NCBI GenBank assembly: GCA_016213935.1 | Contig: JACQZG010000011.1 | Span: 805-64,804, forward strand | From: Nitrospirota bacterium | Lineage (GTDB): Bacteria; Nitrospirota; Thermodesulfovibrionia; UBA6902 | Length of the DNA stretch: 64,000 nt | Direction of reading: 5' to 3' | Part shown: positions 44,136-53,100 of the stretch, piece after piece | How the letters are laid out: each line of letters starts with the position of its first letter | Numbering within the stretch: position 1 is the stretch's first letter | The notes under the pieces: generated by a model | What the model saw: the letters and a program-made list of their open reading frames with translations, nothing else | The model's database searches: none | Told to the model about the DNA's origin: nothing | Position numbers and translations under genes: made by a program

Positions 44136-46877
44136 ATGTCAATTGATGAACTCGTAATCTCCGGGGCGAAGCAGAACAACCTCAAAAATATCAGCCTCAC
44201 CCTGCCCCACAATAAGGTCATAACGGTTACGGGCGTATCGGGCTCTGGGAAATCATCCCTCGCCTTTGAGACGATCTTTGCCGAAGGCCAGTGGCGTTTT
44301 ATTGAGTCGCTCTCAACCTACGCGAGGCTTTTTCTTGACAAGCTCGACAGGCCTGACGTCGAAGAGATAAGGAACATAAGGCCGGCGATCGCGCTCGAGC
44401 AGAGAAATACGGTAAAGAGTTCCCGCTCGACAGTCGGGACGACGACCGAGATATACGACTACCTTAGGCTTTTATTCTCAAAGATATCCCGCCCGCACTG
44501 CCCCGGCTGCGGCGAGGAGCTTAAGGCATGGTCTCCGTCCTCCGTTGCCGAAGAAGTCCTGAAAAGATATAACGGCGAAAAGGCATTGATAATATTTGAG
44601 TCAAAAGACGGGGCAGGTGAGCTGAATATAAAAGGCTTCCGCAGGGCGTTGGTCAATGGGGAGATCAGAGATATCTCAGAAACCGAACGCCTTCCCGCCT
44701 CTATTGATGTCGTGGTTGACAGGCTGCTGATAAAAGATGAGCCGAGGCTTGCCGATTCCATTGAGACCGCATGGGAGCACGGCGGCAAAAAGGCGAAGAT
44801 AAAGATAGTGCGGGGCGAAGATGATAACATCCTTCTCTCCTTTTCATCAAGGCTTGAATGCCGCAAATGCAATAGGGAGATATCGATGCCTCAGCCGCTT
44901 CTCTTCTCATTCAACCATCCTCTCGGCGCGTGCCCGCACTGCAAAGGCTTCGGCAATATCCTCAAATACTCCGAGGATTCCGTTGTGCCTGACAAAGACC
45001 TCACGCTCGGTGAAGGGGCGATAGACCCGTGGAGCAAGCCTGCCTACAAATGGTGGTACAGGCAGTTCGCAAAAGCCGCGAAAAAGGCCGGCATCAGGCT
45101 CGACATCCCTTTCAGGGAACTTTCCGGCAAGGCGAGGACGCTGATCTTTGAAGGCAATGAAGTTTTTTACGGCCTGAATGATTTCTTTGAAGAGCTTGAA
45201 AGAAAGAAGTATAAACTTCACATAAGAGTCTTTCTTATGCGTTACAGAGAGGCTGTCCAATGCCCTGAATGCAAAGGCGCCAAACTGAGCCCCGAGGCAT
45301 TGGCATTTACCGTCGGAGGGCTGAACATATCCGAGATGGCGGGCATGCCTGTATCAGAATTGAGCAAATACATGAGGGATCTCAACATATCCGAATATGA
45401 AAAAGAAATCACAACCGAGATAATAAGACAGATAAAGCAGAAGCTCGACTTCCTCACGCGCGTCGGGGTTGAATATCTCACCATGAACAGGCTTACAAAG
45501 ACGCTTTCAGGAGGCGAGTCACAGAGGATAAACCTCGCGAACCAGCTCGCCTCCAAGCTTACCGGAACTCTTTATGTCCTTGACGAGCCCACGGTCGGGC
45601 TCCATGCCAGAGACGTGAGCAGGGTAACAGAGATACTCAAAGAGCTTGCGGAGGCAGGCAATACGGTAATCGCGGTCGAGCATGACAATGCCGTTATCAG
45701 GGCATCTGACTGGATAGTGGAGCTCGGCCCCGGAGGAGGCGAAGACGGCGGGAATCTCATCTTCTCGGGGGGGATCGATGAATTTATTAATTGCGGCAGC
45801 CTTACCTCAAGGCACCTCAGAGGAAGCTGGCTTACCCCGATGCCTGAGAAGAGAAAGAGAGGAAGATGCAGGTATCTCACCATAAAAAATGCCCGCGGCA
45901 ATAACCTCAAAAATATAGATGCGGGGATCCCGCTTCAGAAATTCACCTGCGTTACAGGCGTATCGGGTTCGGGAAAGAGCACGCTGATAGATAAGACCCT
46001 CTACAACGCGCTTGCTAAGTTTTTCAAGATAAGCTTTGAGGCTCCCGAGCCTTTTGACTCCATTGAAGGAAGAGAATTCCTTAGCGGCGTCAGAATCATA
46101 GACCAGCAGCCCATAGGCAGAAGCCCGCGCTCAAATCCTTCGACATATATTAAGGCATTCGACCACATAAGAAAGATTTTCGCGCAGGAGCCACGCGCAA
46201 AGATCCTCGGCCTCGGCCCGGGACACTTCTCCTTCAACTCAAAAGAAGGGCAGTGCGGAGCGTGCCGGGGCGCAGGATTTGAGAAACTCGAAATGTATTT
46301 CTTCGAGGACCTCTATGTGACATGCGAAGAGTGCAAAGGCAAAAGGTTTAAACCGGAGATACTTCAGATAAAGCATAACGGAAAAAATATCCACGAGACC
46401 CTTCAGATGACGGTTGACGAGGCCGCGGCATTCTTCAGCGGGATATCCCCTCTTCTTAAGAAACTCGAACTCATGTCCTCAGTCGGGCTTGGGTACCTGA
46501 GGCTCGGCCAGCCTATAACCACCCTCTCAGGCGGCGAATCACAGCGCCTCAAGATATGCGCAGAGCTTGGGACTGCGAAACGGGCGGGATATCTCTACAT
46601 ACTTGACGAGCCGACAGTCGGCCTCCATCCTTACGACATAGAGAAATTGATGAATGTCATAGGGCAGCTTCTCGGCGCGGGTAATACGGTTGTAGTTGTT
46701 GAACATAACCTTGACGTGATAAAGTGTGCCGACTGGGTGATAGACCTCGGCCCCGAAGGCGGAGAGAAAGGCGGTTATATAGTTGCCGAAGGAAGGCCGG
46801 AGGATATTATAAAAGAGAATAAGTCATATACCAGCAGATACCTGAAAGAGCATCTTAAGAGAGCAAACCACAAATGA
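44136..46877 (+). CDS. uvrA: excinuclease ABC subunit A (UvrA or a close paralogue)
   Basis: Two GVSGSGKSS/T P-loops, two LSGGESQR signatures, Zn modules CPGCG, CRKCN...CPHCKGFG, CPECKG, CGACRG...CEECKG; 913 aa. Confidence 0.88.
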   Translation: MSIDELVISGAKQNNLKNISLTLPHNKVITVTGVSGSGKSSLAFETIFAEGQWRFIESLSTYARLFLDKLDRPDVEEIRNIRPAIALEQRNTVKSSRSTVGTTTEIYDYLRLLFSKISRPHCPGCGEELKAWSPSSVAEEVLKRYNGEKALIIFESKDGAGELNIKGFRRALVNGEIRDISETERLPASIDVVVDRLLIKDEPRLADSIETAWEHGGKKAKIKIVRGEDDNILLSFSSRLECRKCNREISMPQPLLFSFNHPLGACPHCKGFGNILKYSEDSVVPDKDLTLGEGAIDPWSKPAYKWWYRQFAKAAKKAGIRLDIPFRELSGKARTLIFEGNEVFYGLNDFFEELERKKYKLHIRVFLMRYREAVQCPECKGAKLSPEALAFTVGGLNISEMAGMPVSELSKYMRDLNISEYEKEITTEIIRQIKQKLDFLTRVGVEYLTMNRLTKTLSGGESQRINLANQLASKLTGTLYVLDEPTVGLHARDVSRVTEILKELAEAGNTVIAVEHDNAVIRASDWIVELGPGGGEDGGNLIFSGGIDEFINCGSLTSRHLRGSWLTPMPEKRKRGRCRYLTIKNARGNNLKNIDAGIPLQKFTCVTGVSGSGKSTLIDKTLYNALAKFFKISFEAPEPFDSIEGREFLSGVRIIDQQPIGRSPRSNPSTYIKAFDHIRKIFAQEPRAKILGLGPGHFSFNSKEGQCGACRGAGFEKLEMYFFEDLYVTCEECKGKRFKPEILQIKHNGKNIHETLQMTVDEAAAFFSGISPLLKKLELMSSVGLGYLRLGQPITTLSGGESQRLKICAELGTAKRAGYLYILDEPTVGLHPYDIEKLMNVIGQLLGAGNTVVVVEHNLDVIKCADWVIDLGPEGGEKGGYIVAEGRPEDIIKENKSYTSRYLKEHLKRANHK

Positions 46878-46905
46878 TCTGAGCCTCTTGTGAAAGTCTA
46901 TATTC

Positions 46906-46989
46906 TGTCATTCCCGAAATTCTTAATCGGGAATCCAGTTCTGTGAAAGCACCTACTTCTGGATCCCCGGGTCAAGCCCGAGGATGACA
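46906..46989. repeat. composite REP-like element bounded by inverted TGTCAT ends
   Basis: tgtcattcccgaaattcttaatcgggaatccag ... ttctggatccccgggtcaagcccgaggatgaca, with internal hairpin attcccga/tcgggaat. Confidence 0.65.
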
Positions 46990-47056
46990 AACTTTTATTT
47001 TATAGATAGAGCCCCATTAGTTTTGTCAGCCGGATACTGTTATAATCTTAAATAAC

Positions 47057-49180
47057 ATGAGTACTAAAAATATTAAAGACAGCGAATCGATCCTCAACTA
47101 CCTCAGCAAGAAGACCTCAACGCCCATAAAACTCAAGGAATTCGCGAAGCGTCTCGGCATACACAAAGGCGGAGTGCGCAGGCTCGGGGAGACGCTCGAT
47201 TCTCTTGTCGAGTCAGGAAAGATATTCAGGACGCGCGCCGGGTTCTACGGCCTTGTCGAGGAGATGAACCTTCTTACGGGCGTGTTTGAAGCCCACCGCA
47301 ACGGCTTCGGCTTTATGCTCCCGGACAAGCCGGGCGAGCGGGATATCTTCATACCCCCGAGAAAGACCCTCGGCGCGATGTCAGGCGACCGCATAGTCGC
47401 AAGGGTCGAGAGCCCGATAAGGAGAGAAGGCTCTGTTGTCACAATACTCGAAAGAGGGCAGAAGAATATCATAGGCAGGCTATACTTCGAAAAGAGTTCC
47501 TTCTACGTAAGGCCAAAAGGCAGGAAGGTGCCTCTCGATATTTTCATCGCCGCGAAAGATAGAGGCAAAGCAAAAGACAGAGACCTCGTCCTTGTTGAAC
47601 TTATATCCTACCCTACCCCGGAGAGGCCGCCCGAAGGGAGAGTCTTAAAAACCCTTCCCGAGGTTGACGAGCCGGGGCTTGAGATAGAGATGATAATAGC
47701 GGAGCGCTCCCTTCCCCGAAAATTTCCGGACAAGGCAATTAAAGAAGCTGATAGCTTCAGCGAGTCCCTCAGCTTTTCGGACAGGGCTGACTGCCGCGAC
47801 CTGCTTACAGTCACCATCGACGGCGAAGATGCCAAGGATTTCGACGACGCCGTATCAATAAAAAAGACGCCTTCCGGCTTCAAACTCTATGTCCACATCG
47901 CGGATGTGAGCCACTATGTGCAATGGGAATCCGAGCTTGACAAAGAGGCAAGAGAGAGGGGAACAAGCATCTACTTCCCGGGAAACGTCATCCCCATGCT
48001 TCCCGAAAGGCTCTCAAACAACTTATGCAGCCTGATGCCGAAGGTTGACAGGCTCGCCTTTACTGCTGAACTCGACTTCGACATCTCCGGCAAATTAACA
48101 AAGAGAAAGTTCTATCCGAGCATCATTAACAGCAACGAAAGAATGACATACACTTCGGTGAAGAAGATACTCGTTGACGATGACCCCGCGGAGAGGAGAA
48201 GATACGGCTATCTGCTCGAGAGTTTCGAGATGATGAAAGAGCTTTACCTTATTCTTAAGGAGATGCGGATAAGAAGGGGGAGCCTCGATTTTGACCTGCC
48301 CGAACCATATGTCATCCTCGATATACAGGGAACCCCCGAAGACATAATAAAGGCCGAGAGGAACATGAGCCACATGATTATCGAGGAGTTCATGGTAGCG
48401 GCAAACGAGGCAGTCGCCTCTTACCTCGAAGGCCTCGGCATACCTTCTCTTTTCAGGATTCACGAAGAGCCCGACACTGCGAAGCTCGAAGAGCTTATGC
48501 CCATACTCAAGGCATTCGGAATAAAGGTAAAGACCGTCGGCGTCAAGGCATTTCATTCGATACTGAAGCAGGCCAAAGGGTCTGACATTGAGCCTCTATT
48601 AAACACCCTTCTCCTCCGTTCCCTGAAACAGGCGAAATATTCAAAAGAGAATGTAGGGCATTTCGGCCTCGCCTCAAAGAGCTACACCCACTTCACGTCT
48701 CCGATAAGGCGCTACCCCGACCTTGTCGTGCACAGGATACTCAAGGATGTCATAAGCAAAAAGAGGATAATGGACAAAGAGAGGAGATTCCTTGAGAAAG
48801 AACTGCCTGAGATCGCGCTTCAGTCCTCAAAGACCGAGCGCGCCGCGATGGAGGCAGAGAGGGAGATCCTTGCCGCCATGAGGGCATGGTTCATGAAAGA
48901 CAAGGTAGGGAATGAATATGAGGGCATCGTGGCTAACATTAACCCCAAAGGCCTCTCTGTCCAGCTTAAAGACTTCTTTGTGACGGGTTTTCTCCATGTC
49001 TCTTCTATGGACGATGATTACTACAGGTTTGACGAGGAGAACTACAGGCTGAGGGGAAAACGCTCGAAAAAGTCCTTCAGCATGGGAGACCACATAACAG
49101 TGCGGGTTGACAGGGTTAATATCGAGGAGAGGGAGATAACCTTGGGGCTCGTCCGGAAAGCATCCTCAAGAAGAAGCTGA
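47057..49180 (+). CDS. rnr: ribonuclease R
   Basis: Cold-shock-like N-terminus, RNB domain (TIDGEDAKDFDDAV...HFGL...YTHFTSPIRRYPD), C-terminal S1 domain and basic tail. Confidence 0.93.
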   Translation: MSTKNIKDSESILNYLSKKTSTPIKLKEFAKRLGIHKGGVRRLGETLDSLVESGKIFRTRAGFYGLVEEMNLLTGVFEAHRNGFGFMLPDKPGERDIFIPPRKTLGAMSGDRIVARVESPIRREGSVVTILERGQKNIIGRLYFEKSSFYVRPKGRKVPLDIFIAAKDRGKAKDRDLVLVELISYPTPERPPEGRVLKTLPEVDEPGLEIEMIIAERSLPRKFPDKAIKEADSFSESLSFSDRADCRDLLTVTIDGEDAKDFDDAVSIKKTPSGFKLYVHIADVSHYVQWESELDKEARERGTSIYFPGNVIPMLPERLSNNLCSLMPKVDRLAFTAELDFDISGKLTKRKFYPSIINSNERMTYTSVKKILVDDDPAERRRYGYLLESFEMMKELYLILKEMRIRRGSLDFDLPEPYVILDIQGTPEDIIKAERNMSHMIIEEFMVAANEAVASYLEGLGIPSLFRIHEEPDTAKLEELMPILKAFGIKVKTVGVKAFHSILKQAKGSDIEPLLNTLLLRSLKQAKYSKENVGHFGLASKSYTHFTSPIRRYPDLVVHRILKDVISKKRIMDKERRFLEKELPEIALQSSKTERAAMEAEREILAAMRAWFMKDKVGNEYEGIVANINPKGLSVQLKDFFVTGFLHVSSMDDDYYRFDEENYRLRGKRSKKSFSMGDHITVRVDRVNIEEREITLGLVRKASSRRS

Positions 49181-49188
49181 AAAAAGAT

Positions 49189-49283
49189 TAACCATGCGGG
49201 TCCGGGGTTCCATGTCTTGGATAAGAGTCTCGGCCCTAAAATAATTTTGCGGCCGACCTTTTCCCCGAGCCGGCATGGTTAAA
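49189..49283. other. 95-nt imperfect stem-loop between convergent genes (bidirectional terminator, small RNA or MITE-like)
   Basis: ttaaccatgc (49189-98) pairs with gcatggttaa (49274-83), extendable to 15 of 18 bp. An inner tcggcc/ggccga hairpin is present. Confidence 0.35.
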
Positions 49284-49306
49284 ATGCACAGGCTCAAAAA
49301 CTGTTT

Positions 49307-49897
49307 TTATAAATTATACAGCGCCTTCTCGAACTGCCTCGCCTCCTCCTCGGCCATATTGCCTGAAAGGACGATGAGAACATTATCTTTTGAAAAAGAC
49401 CATGTGTAAAACTCGCCTTTGGCATTGAGCGTAAGATAATGCTCCTTCAGCTTATTCAGATCATCTACAGTATTTAAAGTTATGATACATCCGCTTGCAA
49501 TAAAATTATTAACCGAGGCCTTCTCGAATTTCAGGCATTCTTTAATACTTAATCCCATAGGGATATAGTCAGCCTCTTTCACCCTCTCAACCGCATTCAA
49601 TTCAATGCCGGCTGTTTTAAACTTCTCAATGACATTCCCCGCAAACCACTGTTTGTGGAAATAAGCGTGTATCATAATGTGATATGTTCCAATGCCAGCA
49701 TGCGAAGATGTCCTTGTGAATTGAGGAACGGTCGGGCCAGAAAATCTCGACATATAAGCACTCCACTGTGCGTGAGTCCACCCAGCGACTCCCATATAAT
49801 TACCGCACCCGCACCCTGATGCCAAAGCAGGCAAGACAATAATCGATATGCTGATGCAAAAAAAGATGAGTAGTTTATTTGCATTATCGCTCTTCAT
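49307..49897 (-). CDS. hypothetical exported protein / possible lipoprotein
   Basis: Signal peptide ending ...LPALASGC (lipobox-like). No family recognised. Visibly more AT-rich than its neighbours. Confidence 0.55.
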   Translation of the reverse strand: MKSDNANKLLIFFCISISIIVLPALASGCGCGNYMGVAGWTHAQWSAYMSRFSGPTVPQFTRTSSHAGIGTYHIMIHAYFHKQWFAGNVIEKFKTAGIELNAVERVKEADYIPMGLSIKECLKFEKASVNNFIASGCIITLNTVDDLNKLKEHYLTLNAKGEFYTWSFSKDNVLIVLSGNMAEEEARQFEKALYNL

Positions 49898-50114
49898 TGC
49901 CTTCCCTCCTTTTCATGTGGTCTCAATTCCTTTATAGTCCTTATACAACGCTGAGTCAAATTGAAAATATTAATGCCCCCCATTAAATTAATTAATCAAA
50001 TTTAATCCCTTAAGAATCAGCCGGTTAACTCCATGATTTCAGAAATCTAAATGACATCACATCCCTAAAATGCTAAAATAATCTGCCTTAAATCCTTTTC
50101 TTTGCGAGACCGGG

Positions 50115-53100
50115 TTGAGCTTGATACACCTTTACCGAACTCCTGCCTTTTCAGAGGCAAAAAAGAATGCCCTTTTATCAGCCGTGAGGGAGAAGATATC
50201 TTCATCTGTTGAAGATATCATGACAGAATTCTGCTTCAACATAGAAGCATCCGAACCTCTCTCCTCCGATGAGATGGAAGTCCTCAGATGGCTTCTTTCA
50301 GAGACCTTTGAACCGGGGAATTTTTCAACTCAAAGTTTTTTCACTCATCACCCATCACCCCCCTTCAATTCCCCCCTTAGCAAGGGGGGACACAGAGGGG
50401 TCATTTTAGAGGTTGGCCCCCGCATGAATTTCACGACAACCTGGTCAACAAACGCGGTATCCATATGCCATGCCTGCGGCATCAAAAAGATCAAACGCAT
50501 AGAACGCTCAAGGAGATTTGAGTTTGTATTTAATTCAGAAACCCCGCCTTGCTCCTCCCCTTGCCAAGGGGGGGATGGGAGGGGTTTTCTCTCATCGCTC
50601 ATCACTTATCACTCTTCACTCTTTTTTGACAGGATGACAGAATGCCCATACCCGAAGCCGCTTGAGACATTTGAAACAGGCATAAAGCCGGAAACCTTTT
50701 ATCATATCCCCCTGATAGAGAAAGGAAAGGCAGCGCTCGAAAAGATAAACCGCGAGATGGGGCTCGGGCTTGACGAATGGGACATAAATTATTACTACAA
50801 CCTTTTTGTAAATGACATAGGCAGAAACCCGACGAACGTCGAGTGTTTTGACCTGAGCCAGTCAAACAGCGAGCACTCAAGGCACTGGTTCTTCAAGGGC
50901 AGGCTCATCATCGACGGAGAGGAGATTCCGCATACTCTTATAGAACTTGTCATGCGGCCGCTTAAATGGAAACCCGGAAACAGCGTCATCGCCTTCAGCG
51001 ACAACTCAAGCTCCATCAGAGGATATGAGATAGAAACAATTACGCCGGCGACTCCCGGCATACCTTCCGGCTTTGAGAAGAAGCGCGTTGACCGCGACAT
51101 AATATTCACTGCCGAGACCCACAACTTCCCAAGCGGCGTGGCGCCGTTCCCCGGCGCGGAAACAGGCACGGGCGGCAGGATAAGGGACATTCAGGGCACG
51201 GGAAGAGGCGGGCTCGTCGGAGCGGGCACTGCCGCGTATTGCGTGGGCAATCTCAATATCCCGGGCTATGAGCTTCCCTGGGAAGACAAAAGTTTCATTT
51301 ACCCGTCAAACCTCGCATCCCCTCTTGAGATAGAGATACAGGCAAGCAACGGCGCCTCTGATTACGGCAACAAGTTCGGCGAGCCTGTGATACAGGGCTT
51401 CACGCGCTCATTCGGCATGAGACTGCCTGACGGAGAGCGTTATGAATGGCTCAAGCCGATTATGTTTACCGCCGGGGTCGGGCAGATGGACGCGGGCCAC
51501 GTAAAAAAAGGCTCGCCTGAAAAAGGCATGTGCGTGGTGAAGATCGGGGGCCCGGCCTTCAGAATAGGCATCGGAGGGGGCTCGGCCTCAAGCATGATAC
51601 AGGGCGAGAATCTTCAGGAACTCGATTTCAATGCAGTGCAACGGGGAGACGCCGAGATGGAGCAGAAGCTCAACAGGGTGCTTCGCGCCTGCATAGAGAT
51701 GGGGGAGAAGAACCCGATTGTGAGCATACATGACCAGGGCGCGGGCGGAAACTGCAATGTCGTTAAGGAGATAATCTACCCCGCAGGCGCAAAGATAGAT
51801 GTGAGAAAGATTCAGGTGGGCGACAGCACGCTTTCAGTACTTGAGATATGGGGAGCGGAATATCAGGAGCAGAACGCACTCCTCTTGAGGCATGAAGACG
51901 CAGGGATATTCAGCAGGCTCTGCGAACGTGAAAAAGTGCCCCACTCTGTCATAGGGTATATAACCGGGGACGGCAGAATCATTCTTTACGATGAATCCGA
52001 CGGGAGCGCTCCTGTTGACCTTGACCTCGAGAAGGTGTTAGGCCACATGCCGCAAAAGAGCTTTGAGATGGAGCGCGCAACTGCAAGGCACGAACCTCTC
52101 AAACTGCCCGGAGGGCTTTCGTTAAAAGATGCCCTCGTGAGGGTGCTTAGGCTCGTCTCTGTAGGCTCAAAGAGATTTCTCACAAATAAAGTTGACAGAA
52201 GCGTCACCGGCCTTATTGCCAGGCAACAGTGCGCCGGGCCGTTACAGCTTACCGTATCGGACGTTGCAGTCATAGCCCAGAGCCATTTCGGTTTGACAGG
52301 CGCCGCGATATCAATAGGCGAACAGCCGGTAAAAGGGCTGCTCAGCCCTGCGGCAATGGCAAGGATGAGCGTGGGCGAAGCGCTTACCAATATGGTATGG
52401 GCAAAGATATCCGGCATCGAGGATATAAAGTGTTCGGCAAACTGGATGTGGGCGGCGAAGCTTCCGGGCGAAGGCTCAAAGCTTTATGACGCTGCAGTCG
52501 CCATGAGCGATATGATGATAAAGCTGGGTATCGCTGTGGACGGAGGAAAGGACAGCCTCTCTATGGCCGCGCAGGTCACAGATGCTCATGGAAAGACAGA
52601 GACCGTCAAATCCCCGGGCACGCTCGTCATCTCAGCCTATGCCGCAATGCCTGACATAACAAAGGTTATAACGCCTGACATTAAAAGGCCGGGCGAAAGC
52701 AGGCTCCTCTTCATAGACCTCGGTTACGGCGATAACAGGCTTGGCGGAAGCGCCCTTGCGCATGTTTGCGGCCAGCTCGGAGATGATGCGCCGGACATCA
52801 ATCCCGTATTACTGAAAAACGCATTCAACGCGGTTCAGTCTCTTATAGATAAAAATCTCATACTCGCAGGCCATGACAGGAGCGACGGCGGGTTAATAAC
52901 AACGCTCCTTGAGATGGCGTTTTCCGGTAATTGCGGGTTGGAAATACAGTTAGGAGTTAAGAATGAAGAGTTTAGAGTTAATGACAAAAAAAGAGTGGGG
53001 GCTTTATTTTCAGAAGAGTTGGGGCTTGTAATAGAATATTTTCCGGAGAGAGAAGATGAAATAAAATCAATTCTTGAAGAAGAAGCAGTCCCATATCAAA

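Noticed and set aside
47038-47046. Extended -10 (TGtTATAAT) 10 nt upstream of the rnr ATG as a near-leaderless promoter
   Set aside because: It is plausible but unsupported. No -35 is present, and the rnr start could also be served by read-through, so it is not reported as a feature.
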